Source of the DNA: Bryobacterales bacterium
Lineage (GTDB): Bacteria; Acidobacteriota; Terriglobia; Bryobacterales; UBA6623
Assembly (NCBI GenBank): GCA_965248255.1
Contig: CBDFIW010000001.1
Span: 1,492 to 65,491, forward strand
DNA length: 64,000 nucleotides
Direction of reading: 5' to 3'
The notes below the pieces were generated by a model that did no database searches, was not told the origin of the DNA, and was given only the letters and a program-made list of their open reading frames with translations. Of the stretch, positions 45,726 to 55,580 are shown in pieces (the stretch's first letter is position 1; every line of letters starts with the position of its first letter). A program made the position numbers and the translations under genes.

Positions 45726-47665
45726 GTGTGCCGGGCATGTCTGACAGCTTGGAGGTGAAAGTCCTCTGCACAGCCTGATGGAGGTGAAGTGCTAGGGAAG
45801 CGCAAGGGCGTCGTCGCGAGGCGGGGTCCAGAGGAAGCGTGGAACAAAACCGCGACCTGACGAACAGAAACCGGATAAGAGGCATCTTTGGTCGGACGAG
45901 CGGACAACTGATCGCGAAGTCCAGTTCCATCAAGGGCCAAGGCTGTAGATTCGGCAGGTGTGCGGCGAAGGCGGTCAGACTTACCCCGGGAGGTCTGCGT
46001 TCCGTCCCGCTGTTTGGGACTGGGGGGAGCCGCGAGGCGACCTGATCGGGGCGCAGAAGTCAGCAGAGGGCATAGTAGGCCATGCAGTCGGCAAGGCTAG
46101 TAAGGCACTCCACAAGTCGAAAGACGGAGCCAACAGATAGGCCGAACCGAGAACGATGGCCGAAGGCCCGAACGGAAGAGAGCGGCAAGTAAGACTCGCA
46201 ACTCATGGACGGCAAGCGGCAGAAAACCCAGCAACGACTGGCCTTCATGGACGAGCCAAAGGGTGAAGCCCCGAGGCGCGCTCGGCAAGGGACCGAACCG
46301 TCCGCGGTGAAGCGGGAATCTGAAAGCGCGGCGCGAGAAGAACGACTGATGGAGGAGGTGTGCGAGCGAAGCAATCCCGTAAAGGCTTGGAAACAAGTTC
46401 GGGGTAACAAAGGGAGTCCGGGTGTTGATGGCAAGACCATCGACGAAACGCTGGACGACCTTCGCAAGCACTGGCCAGCCATCCGGGAACAGTTGCTTCA
46501 AGGAACGTACAAACCGCAACCGGTGCGCAGGGTGGAAATCCCGAAGCCCGGCGGCGGGGTCAGGAAGTTGGGCATCCCTACGGTGCTCGACCGACTGATC
46601 CAGCAAGCGGTCTTGCAGGTTCTGCAGAAGCGCTGGGACCCGACGTTTTCCAACAACAGCTATGGCTTCCGACCGGGACGTTCGGCGCATCAGGCGGTGA
46701 CTCAGGCGCAAGCCTACGTCGCCGCAGGCTATCAGTGGGTCGTAGACATCGATCTGGAGAAGTTCTTCGATCGAGTCAACCATGACCTGCTGATGGCTCG
46801 TGTCGCCAAACGTGTCCCCGACAAGCGATTGCTGAAACTCATCCGGGCGTTTCTAACCGTCGGGGTGATGGACGACGGGCTGGTGAGTCCTGCCGACGAA
46901 GGCACGCCACAAGGCGGACCGTTGTCGCCGTTGTTGTCGAACCTCGTGCTCGGCGATTTGGATCGCGAGTTGGAACGGCGCGGCCATCGCTTCTGCCGCT
47001 ACGCCGGCGACTGTAACATCTACGTTCGCAGTCGCAGGGCGGGGGAACGGGTGATGGCCGGCGTCTGTAAGTTTCTTACAAAGAAACTCCGACTCAAGGT
47101 CAACAAATCGAAGAGTGCGGTGGCTCGACCCAACGATCGGAAGTTCTTAGGCTTTCGCTTGACGACCGGAGCGGAGCCTCAGCGATTGATATCGCCCGAG
47201 GCGTTGCAAAGGTTCCAAGCGCGAGTGCGAGAGCTGACGAGCAGGACGCGCGGGATCAGCATTGAGCGGATGATCGGCTCATTGAGGCCGTATCTGCTCG
47301 GCTGGCGGAGCTACTTTGGCTTCAGCCAAGACCCGCTGGTGTTTCGCAACCTGGATGCGCGGATCCGCCGGAGACTCCGCATGATGACCTGGCGGCAGTG
47401 GGGGAATGGGCCGACCCGATTCGCCAACCTACGGCGATTGGGCGTGCCGCATTATCGTGCGGCCATTGCCGCCGGTTCCGCCACTGGTTTGTGGGCCATG
47501 TCGCGGCACGCGGCTGTCCAGCAAGCGCTGCCCAATGTCTATTTCGATTCGCTCGGCCTTCCCAGATTGTCGGCATCTTCGAACGCTTAACTCCTCCGAA
47601 CCGCCGTGGTACGGGACCCGTATGCCCGGTGGTGTGACAGGGAAAGCTTGCGAGGGCCTACCTAT
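45726..47665 (+). mobile_element. group II intron, copy 2
   Basis: Same termini as copy 1. It is 1 nt longer because of a G6 versus G5 run in the 5' region. It is in inverted orientation relative to copy 1. Confidence 0.85.
46205..47590 (+). CDS. group II intron reverse transcriptase/maturase
   Basis: 461 aa. It differs from copy 1 at three residues in the N-terminal region (SESAARE vs SESPTRE; SNPVKAW vs SNLVKAW). Confidence 0.9.
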   Translation: MDGKRQKTQQRLAFMDEPKGEAPRRARQGTEPSAVKRESESAAREERLMEEVCERSNPVKAWKQVRGNKGSPGVDGKTIDETLDDLRKHWPAIREQLLQGTYKPQPVRRVEIPKPGGGVRKLGIPTVLDRLIQQAVLQVLQKRWDPTFSNNSYGFRPGRSAHQAVTQAQAYVAAGYQWVVDIDLEKFFDRVNHDLLMARVAKRVPDKRLLKLIRAFLTVGVMDDGLVSPADEGTPQGGPLSPLLSNLVLGDLDRELERRGHRFCRYAGDCNIYVRSRRAGERVMAGVCKFLTKKLRLKVNKSKSAVARPNDRKFLGFRLTTGAEPQRLISPEALQRFQARVRELTSRTRGISIERMIGSLRPYLLGWRSYFGFSQDPLVFRNLDARIRRRLRMMTWRQWGNGPTRFANLRRLGVPHYRAAIAAGSATGLWAMSRHAAVQQALPNVYFDSLGLPRLSASSNA

Positions 47666-47883
47666 GTCGATCAACAACCCTTTCGTTGAGCTATCCGGTC
47701 GTAGCACCGCCAGGCCCTTGAGGTGGGGCCGTTTTGCGACTACTCCGACAACCTTCTGAGGGCTTCAGGTGGACGATAGATGATGGTGTAAACGCGATAC
47801 CCGATATTACCCGACATCTATCCTCGGACTCACGGTTTCGGGCCTGATAGGGATCGTCGAAACCTATGCTGACTGTTGAAAGG

Positions 47884-49455
47884 CAATGATAATGTCCCCC
47901 TGAGCAGGCAATAGAAATGTCCCCTAATCTGAAGCTCCACGAGGAGGTGAAAGATTGGGAAGGACATGGATGAGCGACAAGGAGCTGAGACGTAGTGAGG
48001 TGTTAGGCCGGGTGCGGCGTGGGGAGTGGAAGTTGAGCGAGGCGGCCATGCGGCTGGAGATCAGCTATCGCCAAGCCAAACGCCTGTGGAGCCGCTATCG
48101 CAAGGGCGGTGCCAAAGCGCTGGTGCACGGCAACGTCGGCCGCCGCTCGAACCGGGCCAAGCCGGCGGAGTTTCGTCAGCGCGTGATGGCCTTGGTGCGG
48201 GACACTATGGGGGCGAGCCGCAGCAGCGCTTCGGGCCGACACTGGCCGCGGAGCAGTTGCGAGAGGATCACGGCCTGGAGGTATCGGTGCGCACGCTGCG
48301 ACGCTGGATGCTCGCTGCCGGGCTGTGGAGCCGCCGCCGCAAGCGCCGGCCCCATCGCACCAGGCGGCAGCGCAAAGCGCACTTCGGCGAGCTGCTGCAA
48401 CTCGACGGCAGCTTCCACGATTGGCTCGAGCAGCGCGCTCCGCGGGGCTGTTTGATGAACCTGGTCGACGACGCCACCGGGACAGCACTGTGCCGCTTCA
48501 GCAAAGAAGAAACCACCTGGGCGGCGGCGGACTTGCTGGCCGCTTGGGTGCGGGCCTACGGTGTACCGCAGGCGCTCTACCTGGACCGCAAGAGTGTCTA
48601 CCAGCGACGCGCGACGACCAGCGAGCTGATCGAAGGCATCGAGCCCGAGACGCAGTTCGGGCGCATGTGTGCGAAGCTCGGCATCACGATCCTGGCGGCG
48701 GGCTCGCCGCAAGCCAAGGGACGTGTCGAACGCCATCACGGCACGCACCAAGACCGCCTGATCAAGAAGATGCGGCTGCGCGGGATCGTCGATTATGAGG
48801 CGGCGAACCGTTATCTCGACCAGGAGTACTTGGGCGAGCACAACGAGCGCTTCGCCTGCGAGCCGACGGTGGGAGCGGACTTTCACCAGGCGCTACCCCG
48901 TGGCACCGAGCTGCGACGAGTGTTCTGTTTCGAGTACGACCGGGTGGTAAGCAACGAGCGGGTGGTGCGTTTCGAGAATCGCTGCTTGCAGTTGAAGCCG
49001 AAACGCAACCAGGGGGTGGGGGCGGGTGCACGGGTGACGGTCCAACAGTGGCGCGATCAGAGCTTGCAGGTGAGGTTTGAGGAGCACGAGATCGAGCACG
49101 AAGTGATCGCCACGCCGGTGCCGCAGCCGCGGGTGAAGCCGGCAGCGCAGCGGCGTCCGGGGGGCGGGCGCAAGCCGGCGGCGAACCACCCCTGGCGGCG
49201 AGTTGTATTGGGGAAAACACGATCTGCGAATTCATAAGAGGGCTGTGGAAATGCCGGATCGGACGGAAAGCGTGGAAAACCTTCTCGAGGCCGCCGTGCC
49301 GGGTTCGAGGAGCGGTGGATGGTTTTCCACCCTTCCCACCGCCCCTTGGAAATCGCTCACGCGATTCCCACAGTTCCACAGCCCCGACGACGACGATTCT
49401 CCCCTACCACCCAGGGGACACTTCTACTGCCTTGCCGCAGGGGACATTTCTATTG
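47884..49455 (+). mobile_element. ISNCY-family insertion sequence
   Basis: Each end carries two copies of a ~17-nt motif. CAATGATAATGTCCCCC (47884-47900) and CAATAGAAATGTCCCCT (47909-47925) are on the left. Their inverted counterparts are at 49413-49429 and 49439-49455. Confidence 0.7.
47955..49237 (+). pseudogene. ISNCY-family transposase (HTH + rve), frameshifted
   Basis: The N-terminus MSDKELRRSEVLGRVRRGEWKLSEAAMRLEISYRQAKRLWSRYRKGGAKALVHGN is in one frame. HYGGEPQQRFGPTLAAEQL...LQLDGSFHDW...SPQAKGRVERHHG is in another. A 1-nt deletion near 48203 (GAC-(C)AC-TAT) explains the break. Confidence 0.85.
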
Positions 49456-49815
49456 GGCCTTGACAATTCTTTGGCCGAGATTTGCGAACGCGGGTTACAA
49501 TGAAAGAGGGTCCGTGGTCCGAAATGACAGAGCACACACTGTGGGCTGAGATCGCGCGTTTGCAGCGAATGCAGCTCGATCCCAGCTTGTGGAAGAGTGT
49601 AGAAGAAGCCGCCGAGTTACTTACCGAAGGGCGCTTTCTCGAGGCTCAAGCGTTGGTTGAGAACGCTGAGGCACGAGCGCGGCTGGCCGCGACGGCAGCC
49701 CTGTAAGTCCCTAAGGGTTCGGCGGCTCGATGACCCGTCCAATAGCGCAAATGTGTTCTGCGCCTCGAATTCAGAGAAGATCGGAACTATGTTGCTTGCT
49801 TTGCGGGCCGTATGT

Positions 49816-50560
49816 TCAGTTCACGAAGCGTACCCAGCCGAACCAGTTTGGAGAGTGAAACGAGCGGGGCACATCGGTTGGCAGCGGCGACCAGAGACTA
49901 AGGCCGCTGCGTTGACCGCTCCTGAGAGGCCGTCCCTGCGGCAAACCTTCCAGGCGGTTCAAGTTAAGCCGCCAACGATCGCCGATGCGGGGCGGTGTGT
50001 GCACGGCGTCCCTGGCGAAGTTCGCCAACGGGATAGCCAGCTCAAGGACCCAGTGGTCGTCGACGGGTGAGGGGTCCTTCTTCCGACGGCCTTGCCAGGT
50101 TGCTCGGTAGCGCACGCCTTCCGGTTTCCAGGTTGGCGGGGCCCGTCCACCAATCGGTCTTGCAGCGGTTGAGCATCGTCCCGATGGCGTTGATCTCGAA
50201 GGTGTAGTAGTTGCGCACGTTGGAGGGGTTGGGGCTGAGGAAGATCTCGACGCAGTCGTCCCGCGAGACGGGACCGTGGCGCTCGATGATGTAGGCCGAG
50301 ATGCGCTTGTCGATGCAGTAGTAGCCGATGTAGAGGTTCTCGTTGTCCCAGACCATCTTGGCGACCGTCTGTTGTTTGTCGGCGGGCGCGGGCGGCAAGA
50401 AGTGGAAATCGCCGACGGAGGACGCTTTCTTCCAGGCCTCTTCATCGAGCTTGGCGTCGATCACGATGGCGGAGGCGGCTCGGTGAAGGTCGTAGTTGGA
50501 GTGCTGCTGCGCGGAAAGAGCTGCGCAGGTGCTCATCAGGATTCCCAGTCGCAGCCACAT
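49816..50560 (-). pseudogene. secreted carbohydrate-binding family 9 (CBM9/DOMON-like) protein, frameshifted
   Basis: Signal peptide MWLRLGILMSTCAALSAQQ. DAKLDEEAWKKA...NLYIGYYC...DDCVEIFLSPN...YYTFEINAIG is in one frame. TWKPEGVRYRATWQG...HWVLELAIPL...GDRWRLNLNR is in another. An extra nucleotide near 50137 explains the break. Confidence 0.65.
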
Positions 50561-50724
50561 ACGGTTGCTTTCCCTCTTCGGTTGTAGGCCTTGGGCGGGC
50601 ACAGCGGTCCGCCCCTACAAACGGTTACCTATGTCGCGGTCAGTTCAACACCTACTGATCGTTAGGCCGACCTCGCCATCCGTCTGCGACGACGGCGATT
50701 CCCAGCAGAGAGACCAAGCATGCG

Positions 50725-51843
50725 TCAGCCGTCCGACAGCGCCCGGTCGAGCGCTTCGACATAGAAGTACTCGCCCCACATGACCGATTCGTTGACCCCC
50801 AGACCAAGGTGAAGGTGATAGACGCCTTCGGTCAGGATGCCCTCCCAATCCGGCCGGCCAACTGCCAGGAAGGGCTCCTGCGAGAGGGTCACCAGCATGT
50901 GTCGCGCTGTCTCAGCGTAGAGAACGGCCTTACCGGGATCTGTCGTGAGCTTCGCCAAGCGCAGCAATCCCGCGGCGATGATGGCTGCCGCGGAACTGTC
51001 GAGGTGTTGGGGTTGATCAGCCGGCGTGTCGTAGTCGAAAAGCGGCACGGCGTTGGCGGGCGTTTCGCGGATAAAGAAGTCGGCGCAGGCTTCGGCAGTG
51101 CGCAAGAACCGCGCATCGCGGACCAGTTTGTAAGAAGCCGTGAACCCGTAGATCGCCCATGCCAACCCACGCGACCAGCAGGAATCGCCACGGACTCCCT
51201 GCTGCGTTGTTTGGCGCAAGAACTCTCCTGTTTCGAGGTCGAACATACCCTCGTGTGACGAGCTGCCGTCGCCGCGGATGAGCACCCGCCGCGTCGTTAG
51301 GCAATGCTCGATCGCGACGTTCATCAGCCTCTCGTCGCCGGTTTGGAGGGTGGCGTAGAAGATGATCCCGACGTTGGCCATGATGTCGATGAACAACGAG
51401 TCGGGCCCCATGAACGAGCACAGATATTGCCCCTTTTCCTTGAAGCGCAGGGCTAGAGTGCTTCCCGCTTGAATGACTACGTCGTTAAGTTGTCTTTCTC
51501 CGGTGAGCTTGTACCAGCGGTGATACGTCGAAAGGAAGATGAAACCGAGGTCGTGGACGTCGCGGTCCATCTTGCGTGGCTCGAGCGGCGTGGTGTAGCG
51601 CTCGGCCTGGTTCTTCCATTCGGCATCCCCCGTGCGGGCATGGAAGATCCACATCATGCCGGGCAGAAAGCCGTCGCACCAGTGCGTCCAGGCCTCGCCG
51701 GCATGCCGCCAACGTCCCTGCCGGGTATACATCGGGTAGAAATCGGGATCGCGTTCGATCAGAGCTTTGACTTGCTTCTGGGCGAAGTCGAAAGCGCGCT
51801 CGAGCGTGGGCCGCCAGGTAGACGAAGGGCAAATCTCGATCAT
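50725..51843 (-). CDS. glycoside hydrolase family 88-like (unsaturated glucuronyl hydrolase family)
   Basis: The start is the ATG at 51843. EAWTHWCDGFLPGMMWIF...DVHDLGFIFLSTY...CWSRGLAWAIYGF is typical of GH88/GH105 (alpha/alpha)6 hydrolases. The track ORF is an upstream extension. Confidence 0.75.
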   Translation of the reverse strand: MIEICPSSTWRPTLERAFDFAQKQVKALIERDPDFYPMYTRQGRWRHAGEAWTHWCDGFLPGMMWIFHARTGDAEWKNQAERYTTPLEPRKMDRDVHDLGFIFLSTYHRWYKLTGERQLNDVVIQAGSTLALRFKEKGQYLCSFMGPDSLFIDIMANVGIIFYATLQTGDERLMNVAIEHCLTTRRVLIRGDGSSSHEGMFDLETGEFLRQTTQQGVRGDSCWSRGLAWAIYGFTASYKLVRDARFLRTAEACADFFIRETPANAVPLFDYDTPADQPQHLDSSAAAIIAAGLLRLAKLTTDPGKAVLYAETARHMLVTLSQEPFLAVGRPDWEGILTEGVYHLHLGLGVNESVMWGEYFYVEALDRALSDG

Positions 51844-51898
51844 GAGAGGGACCAGTGTAGCAGGGCGGTTAACGGGGACCGGCCGGGGCTGGAGGACC

Positions 51899-52246
51899 TT
51901 AGCCCGCGTCGGATTTCTTGAGGTACGCGTCGCGGTTCTCGCGCGACTCGAAATAGAAAGTCTCTCCGTCGATCTCCGTTTTGACCGCAAGGCGCTCGTC
52001 GATGTAGGTACCCGAGACCGGGTCGCGTACGAGCCGGCCGGCTTCAACCGGGGGCTCCGAGGCCTGGCCACCGCGCGAGGGGCGCGCCGCGTCGTTTTCC
52101 TGCGACGAGCCCATGACGCGCTTGACGGCGTTGATCACATCGACGATCAGCCAGCGAGCCAGCGCCAGCAGGATGCCGATGAAGATGAGGATGATGAGGT
52201 TGCGCAAGGTTGCAACTCGCGACCGGGTTCCACCCGCAAACGGCAA
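51899..52246 (-). CDS. membrane-anchored YHS/TRASH-like domain protein
   Basis: N-terminal TM segment (LIILIFIGILLALARWLIV). The C-terminus VRDPVSGTYIDERLAVKTEIDGETFYFESRENRDAYLKK resembles a YHS domain with Ser in place of Cys. Confidence 0.5.
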   Translation of the reverse strand: MPFAGGTRSRVATLRNLIILIFIGILLALARWLIVDVINAVKRVMGSSQENDAARPSRGGQASEPPVEAGRLVRDPVSGTYIDERLAVKTEIDGETFYFESRENRDAYLKKSDAG

Positions 52247-52315
52247 AGGGCGTCGGCCTTCTGACCGGCGCCCTTCGCGCGAACGAATCGTGCCGATGAC
52301 CCTCGAGCAGCCGGT

Positions 52316-53461
52316 TTACTGCTTCTTCCGGCGTTTGCGTTTCTTGGCGTCGGGGTTCTGGTAGCTGGTCGAGACGCTACCCTTCAAACTTTGAATCATC
52401 GCCTGGGCCTGAGCTGCGTACGGCCCGCTCGGGTTGGAGCTGACGCAAGCCTCGAAGGCCTCAATCGTGCCCGGGACCGGTTGAATCGAGCCGTCTGCGC
52501 CCATTTTCGCCTGTGCCATCATCGTGACGCCGAGCTGGTAGTGTGCAGGGCTGTAGGTCGGGTCGATCTCAATGGCTTTGCGGAACGCGTCGACCGCCCC
52601 GTCGGTGTTTTGATTGTTGATCATGACAGCGCCCAGGTTGAAGTAGTACTTCCCTGCGTTCCCTGGATCGAGGGTCGCCGCCTTTTCCAACTCGACAAAC
52701 CCCTCCTCCTCGTTACCGTTCTTGATCATCTCGAGAGCCAAGTTGTTCCGGAAGCCGGCGTTGTCGGGCTGGATCTCAAGCGCCTTGAGATAGGCTTGGA
52801 TCGAGCTGTCTCGCGCGGTTTTGGCGTCGTCACCTCGCAACGCACCGGCGTACGCAGACTGTGCTCGACCGAGCTGGGCCCAAGGGGCAACCTGTTTAGC
52901 ATCGAGCGCACCGGCTGTCTCGAAGCTGGCAATCGCGAGTTTGTAGTTCCTGGCGTCCATCGCGTCCATGCCGGCGTTGAAGGCGTCGTTCAACTCCTTG
53001 TTCCTGCTGATCTGCTGGCGACGCTTTTTGAGCGACGCCTCATAGGCCTTGCGCTGGTCGGGAGTCATACCGCGCAACTGCTGCTCGGTCATCTGACCCT
53101 TGTTGGCGGCTGCGCGTTCGCTCGCCAGCTTGGCCAGATCGAAGTCCAACTTGGTCGGCTCGCCGGCGCTGGACGGCTTGACATTGTTGACCTTGCCCTT
53201 CTGGTTGCCGCCGACTTCCAGAGTGATGTTGTAGACCCCCATGGGCAGGAAACCGAATAGATACTCACCACGCTTGTTGGTCTTGACCTCTTGCTTGCCC
53301 CGCATTTCCTGACGCTCGGCGCGCACAACCGCCCCTTGGAGAGGCTGGCCGTCTGGACCGATGACCTTGCCCCCAAGCTTGCCCATCTGGCCGTAGGAAA
53401 TTCCGGTTGGCAGTAACAGTGCGACCGCCAACAAGGCGGTCCGATACGCTTTAGCAAACAT
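52316..53461 (-). CDS. secreted carboxypeptidase-regulatory-like domain + TPR repeat protein
   Basis: The start is the ATG at 53461, with a signal peptide. GGKVIGPDGQPLQGAVVRA...TNKRGEYLFGFLPMGVYNITL is followed by several TPR-like A..YY.LG / A...F.KA..IDP repeats. Confidence 0.75.
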   Translation of the reverse strand: MFAKAYRTALLAVALLLPTGISYGQMGKLGGKVIGPDGQPLQGAVVRAERQEMRGKQEVKTNKRGEYLFGFLPMGVYNITLEVGGNQKGKVNNVKPSSAGEPTKLDFDLAKLASERAAANKGQMTEQQLRGMTPDQRKAYEASLKKRRQQISRNKELNDAFNAGMDAMDARNYKLAIASFETAGALDAKQVAPWAQLGRAQSAYAGALRGDDAKTARDSSIQAYLKALEIQPDNAGFRNNLALEMIKNGNEEEGFVELEKAATLDPGNAGKYYFNLGAVMINNQNTDGAVDAFRKAIEIDPTYSPAHYQLGVTMMAQAKMGADGSIQPVPGTIEAFEACVSSNPSGPYAAQAQAMIQSLKGSVSTSYQNPDAKKRKRRKKQ

Positions 53462-53678
53462 GCTCGACTCCTTGGTAGAACACCTCATTCTACCTGCTCA
53501 GAATACAACATCCTGGCCGTCAAGGCCAAACGGATAAGGGGACCGCCGGGCGTCCAACGGAGGCGTTAGAAAAGACGAGCAGGAACCCTATTTCGTTACC
53601 AGCAGACTGCCCGCGGCGGCTCGGGCCGGCCGGTAACCTCCGGCGAGAAACGGATGGTTCGACCCCAGAGGGTGTTGC

Positions 53679-54380
53679 CTAAAGGGCCGCTACGCGTGAT
53701 TCATAAGCTATTGGGTCGGGAACTCCGGCTCGTTCGAAAGCCCGAAGGCGCAACACGCAGCTGTCGCAGCAGCCGCAAGCCCTTTCCGACGAGCGATAGC
53801 ATGACCAGGTCAGATGCAGAGGCGCACCGATGGCGACACCCCGGCGTACGATTTCGGTCTTCGAGAAGCCGATCAACGGTGTCTCGATTCGAATGCTAGT
53901 GTTCGGCTTCGTTCCGGTCTCGATCACCCGGTTGAACGCTTCGTAATAGGCTGGACGGCAGTCCGGATAACCAGAGCTATCCTGCTCGACCGCACCCACA
54001 AACAGGGCGTCGGCGCCGAGCACTTCGGCCCAAGAAACAGCGGCTGAGAGGAAGTGGGCGTTGCGAAAAGGGACGTAGGTGATGGGTATTTCCCCTTGAG
54101 CCGCGGCCACGAGGTCGGCGTTGGGAACGGCCAGCGAGCGGTCGGTTAAGGCTGATCCTCCGATCGCCCGCATGTAGTTCTGATTGATGCGCAGGCGGCA
54201 TTCAGCGCCGAGAGAATCGGCGATCTCATCGAAAGCCCTATTCTCGCGCTCCTCGGTGCGTTGGCCATAGGAGGAATGCAGGACGGCGAGGCGATGCGTC
54301 GTGGCGGCGATCGTCGCCGTCACGCAACTGTCCATGCCTCCGCTGAGCAGCACGACGGCGATGGGCCGCTGGGATGACAT
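53679..54380 (-). CDS. queC: 7-cyano-7-deazaguanine synthase
   Basis: The PP-loop is VVLLSGGMDS. TYVPFRN is present. The C-terminal zinc cluster is CYRSSERACGCCDSCVLR. Confidence 0.9.
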   Translation of the reverse strand: MSSQRPIAVVLLSGGMDSCVTATIAATTHRLAVLHSSYGQRTEERENRAFDEIADSLGAECRLRINQNYMRAIGGSALTDRSLAVPNADLVAAAQGEIPITYVPFRNAHFLSAAVSWAEVLGADALFVGAVEQDSSGYPDCRPAYYEAFNRVIETGTKPNTSIRIETPLIGFSKTEIVRRGVAIGAPLHLTWSCYRSSERACGCCDSCVLRLRAFERAGVPDPIAYESRVAAL

Positions 54381-54468
54381 TGGTCCTCATGATATCGCGG
54401 GCGGCAACGCCGCTTGCGCGCGGTAGCCGCGATAAAGAAAACGTTCTGATCTGATTACGCGACTCGGT

Positions 54469-55374
54469 TTACGGGGCGCTTTGGGCGCGGCGAGTCGGAG
54501 AAGGCTTATCCACGAAGCTTTGCAATTCCTGGAGCTGTGCCTCGGCGTTCGGCGCGATGTTGCTGTAGGGGTATCGCTGGACGACCGAGCGAAACTCGGC
54601 TGCGGCTTCGTTCAGGCGGTTGAGCTTCATCAACGACATGCCCTTCTTGTACTGGGCATCGGGCGTGATGGTTCCCTCGGGGTACCTTTCGAGCACAAGG
54701 TCGAAGTTGCGGATGGCATCCTCGAAGTTGCCTTGCTGGTAGGCAAGCGCGCCCAAGTGATACTGCGCCTCGGAAGCCCGTACCGACTGGCCATGTTCGC
54801 GAAGGTAGTCTTGGAACTCCTGACGGGCCAGCTCGTAGTTGCCGCGGTTGAAGTCCATCAAGGCCGCATTGAAGAGGGTCTCGGAAGCCCCCACGCTCGG
54901 GACCGGCGGCGGGTTCCTCGACGTGAGGGCGCCTTCATCAAGGCTGCCCGGAGGCGGCAGCGTGGTCAGGTGGTTCTTGATGTCGGCGACTTCCTGCTGA
55001 ACCTTGGTAATCCTGCTGATGAGGGCTTCGATCTGGTCACGCAGGCCCCCGAACTCGGCGGCCATCGTGTCCACCCGTGTGCTCATTGAGGCCATGGGCC
55101 GGACAACCGACTCCCCCTGCTGGGCGATGCTGCGGTCGATCACGGCCATGCGCTGCGTCATGCGCTTGGTCTCTTCGAGATTCTGTTTCATCAGCTCTTC
55201 GAGCACAGCCATACGCTCGAAGTACTGGCTCTTGAATTGGCGAACCTCGTTCTGGAGCAGAGCCATGTCCCGCTGAAGCTGCAGGATCTCTTTGGCAACC
55301 GGAAAGGCCGGGCCAGCCCAGGCCAGACCCAGCACTATGACGGGCAGCAGTCCAGCAAGCGGGTGCCGGACCAT
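54469..55374 (-). CDS. ybgF: Tol-Pal system protein YbgF/CpoB
   Basis: Signal/TM segment, a long coiled coil, then C-terminal TPR repeats (YELARQEFQDYL, AQYHLGALAY, AQYKKGMSLMKL). It sits directly downstream of pal. The ATG at 55374 is preferred. Confidence 0.8.
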   Translation of the reverse strand: MVRHPLAGLLPVIVLGLAWAGPAFPVAKEILQLQRDMALLQNEVRQFKSQYFERMAVLEELMKQNLEETKRMTQRMAVIDRSIAQQGESVVRPMASMSTRVDTMAAEFGGLRDQIEALISRITKVQQEVADIKNHLTTLPPPGSLDEGALTSRNPPPVPSVGASETLFNAALMDFNRGNYELARQEFQDYLREHGQSVRASEAQYHLGALAYQQGNFEDAIRNFDLVLERYPEGTITPDAQYKKGMSLMKLNRLNEAAAEFRSVVQRYPYSNIAPNAEAQLQELQSFVDKPSPTRRAQSAP

Positions 55375-55580
55375 CGAGTGAGATCTTCCTTCCCCGCTCA
55401 CGACAGGTAACTCCACTTGACAGACGCCTCAGACCGGCGCGCGGTTGCAGCCGCCGCGTTTCTCAATCTTCCTGCTCTACCTTACCAAAAACCGAACCCG
55501 GAAAAACAAACAGGGATGCGCCCCTGGGGCGGCTCAGGCGCCCGGGGGAACGCATCCCTGCAATCTAACTCACCGGCTGG

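Noticed and set aside
38143-47590. Reverse transcriptases as retron, DGR or defence-associated RTs
   Set aside because: Both RTs have a maturase X-like C-terminus. They sit inside elements with GTGYG 5' ends, a domain V-like hairpin and an AY 3' end, which means group II introns. No template/variable repeat pair or msr/msd-like structure lies nearby.
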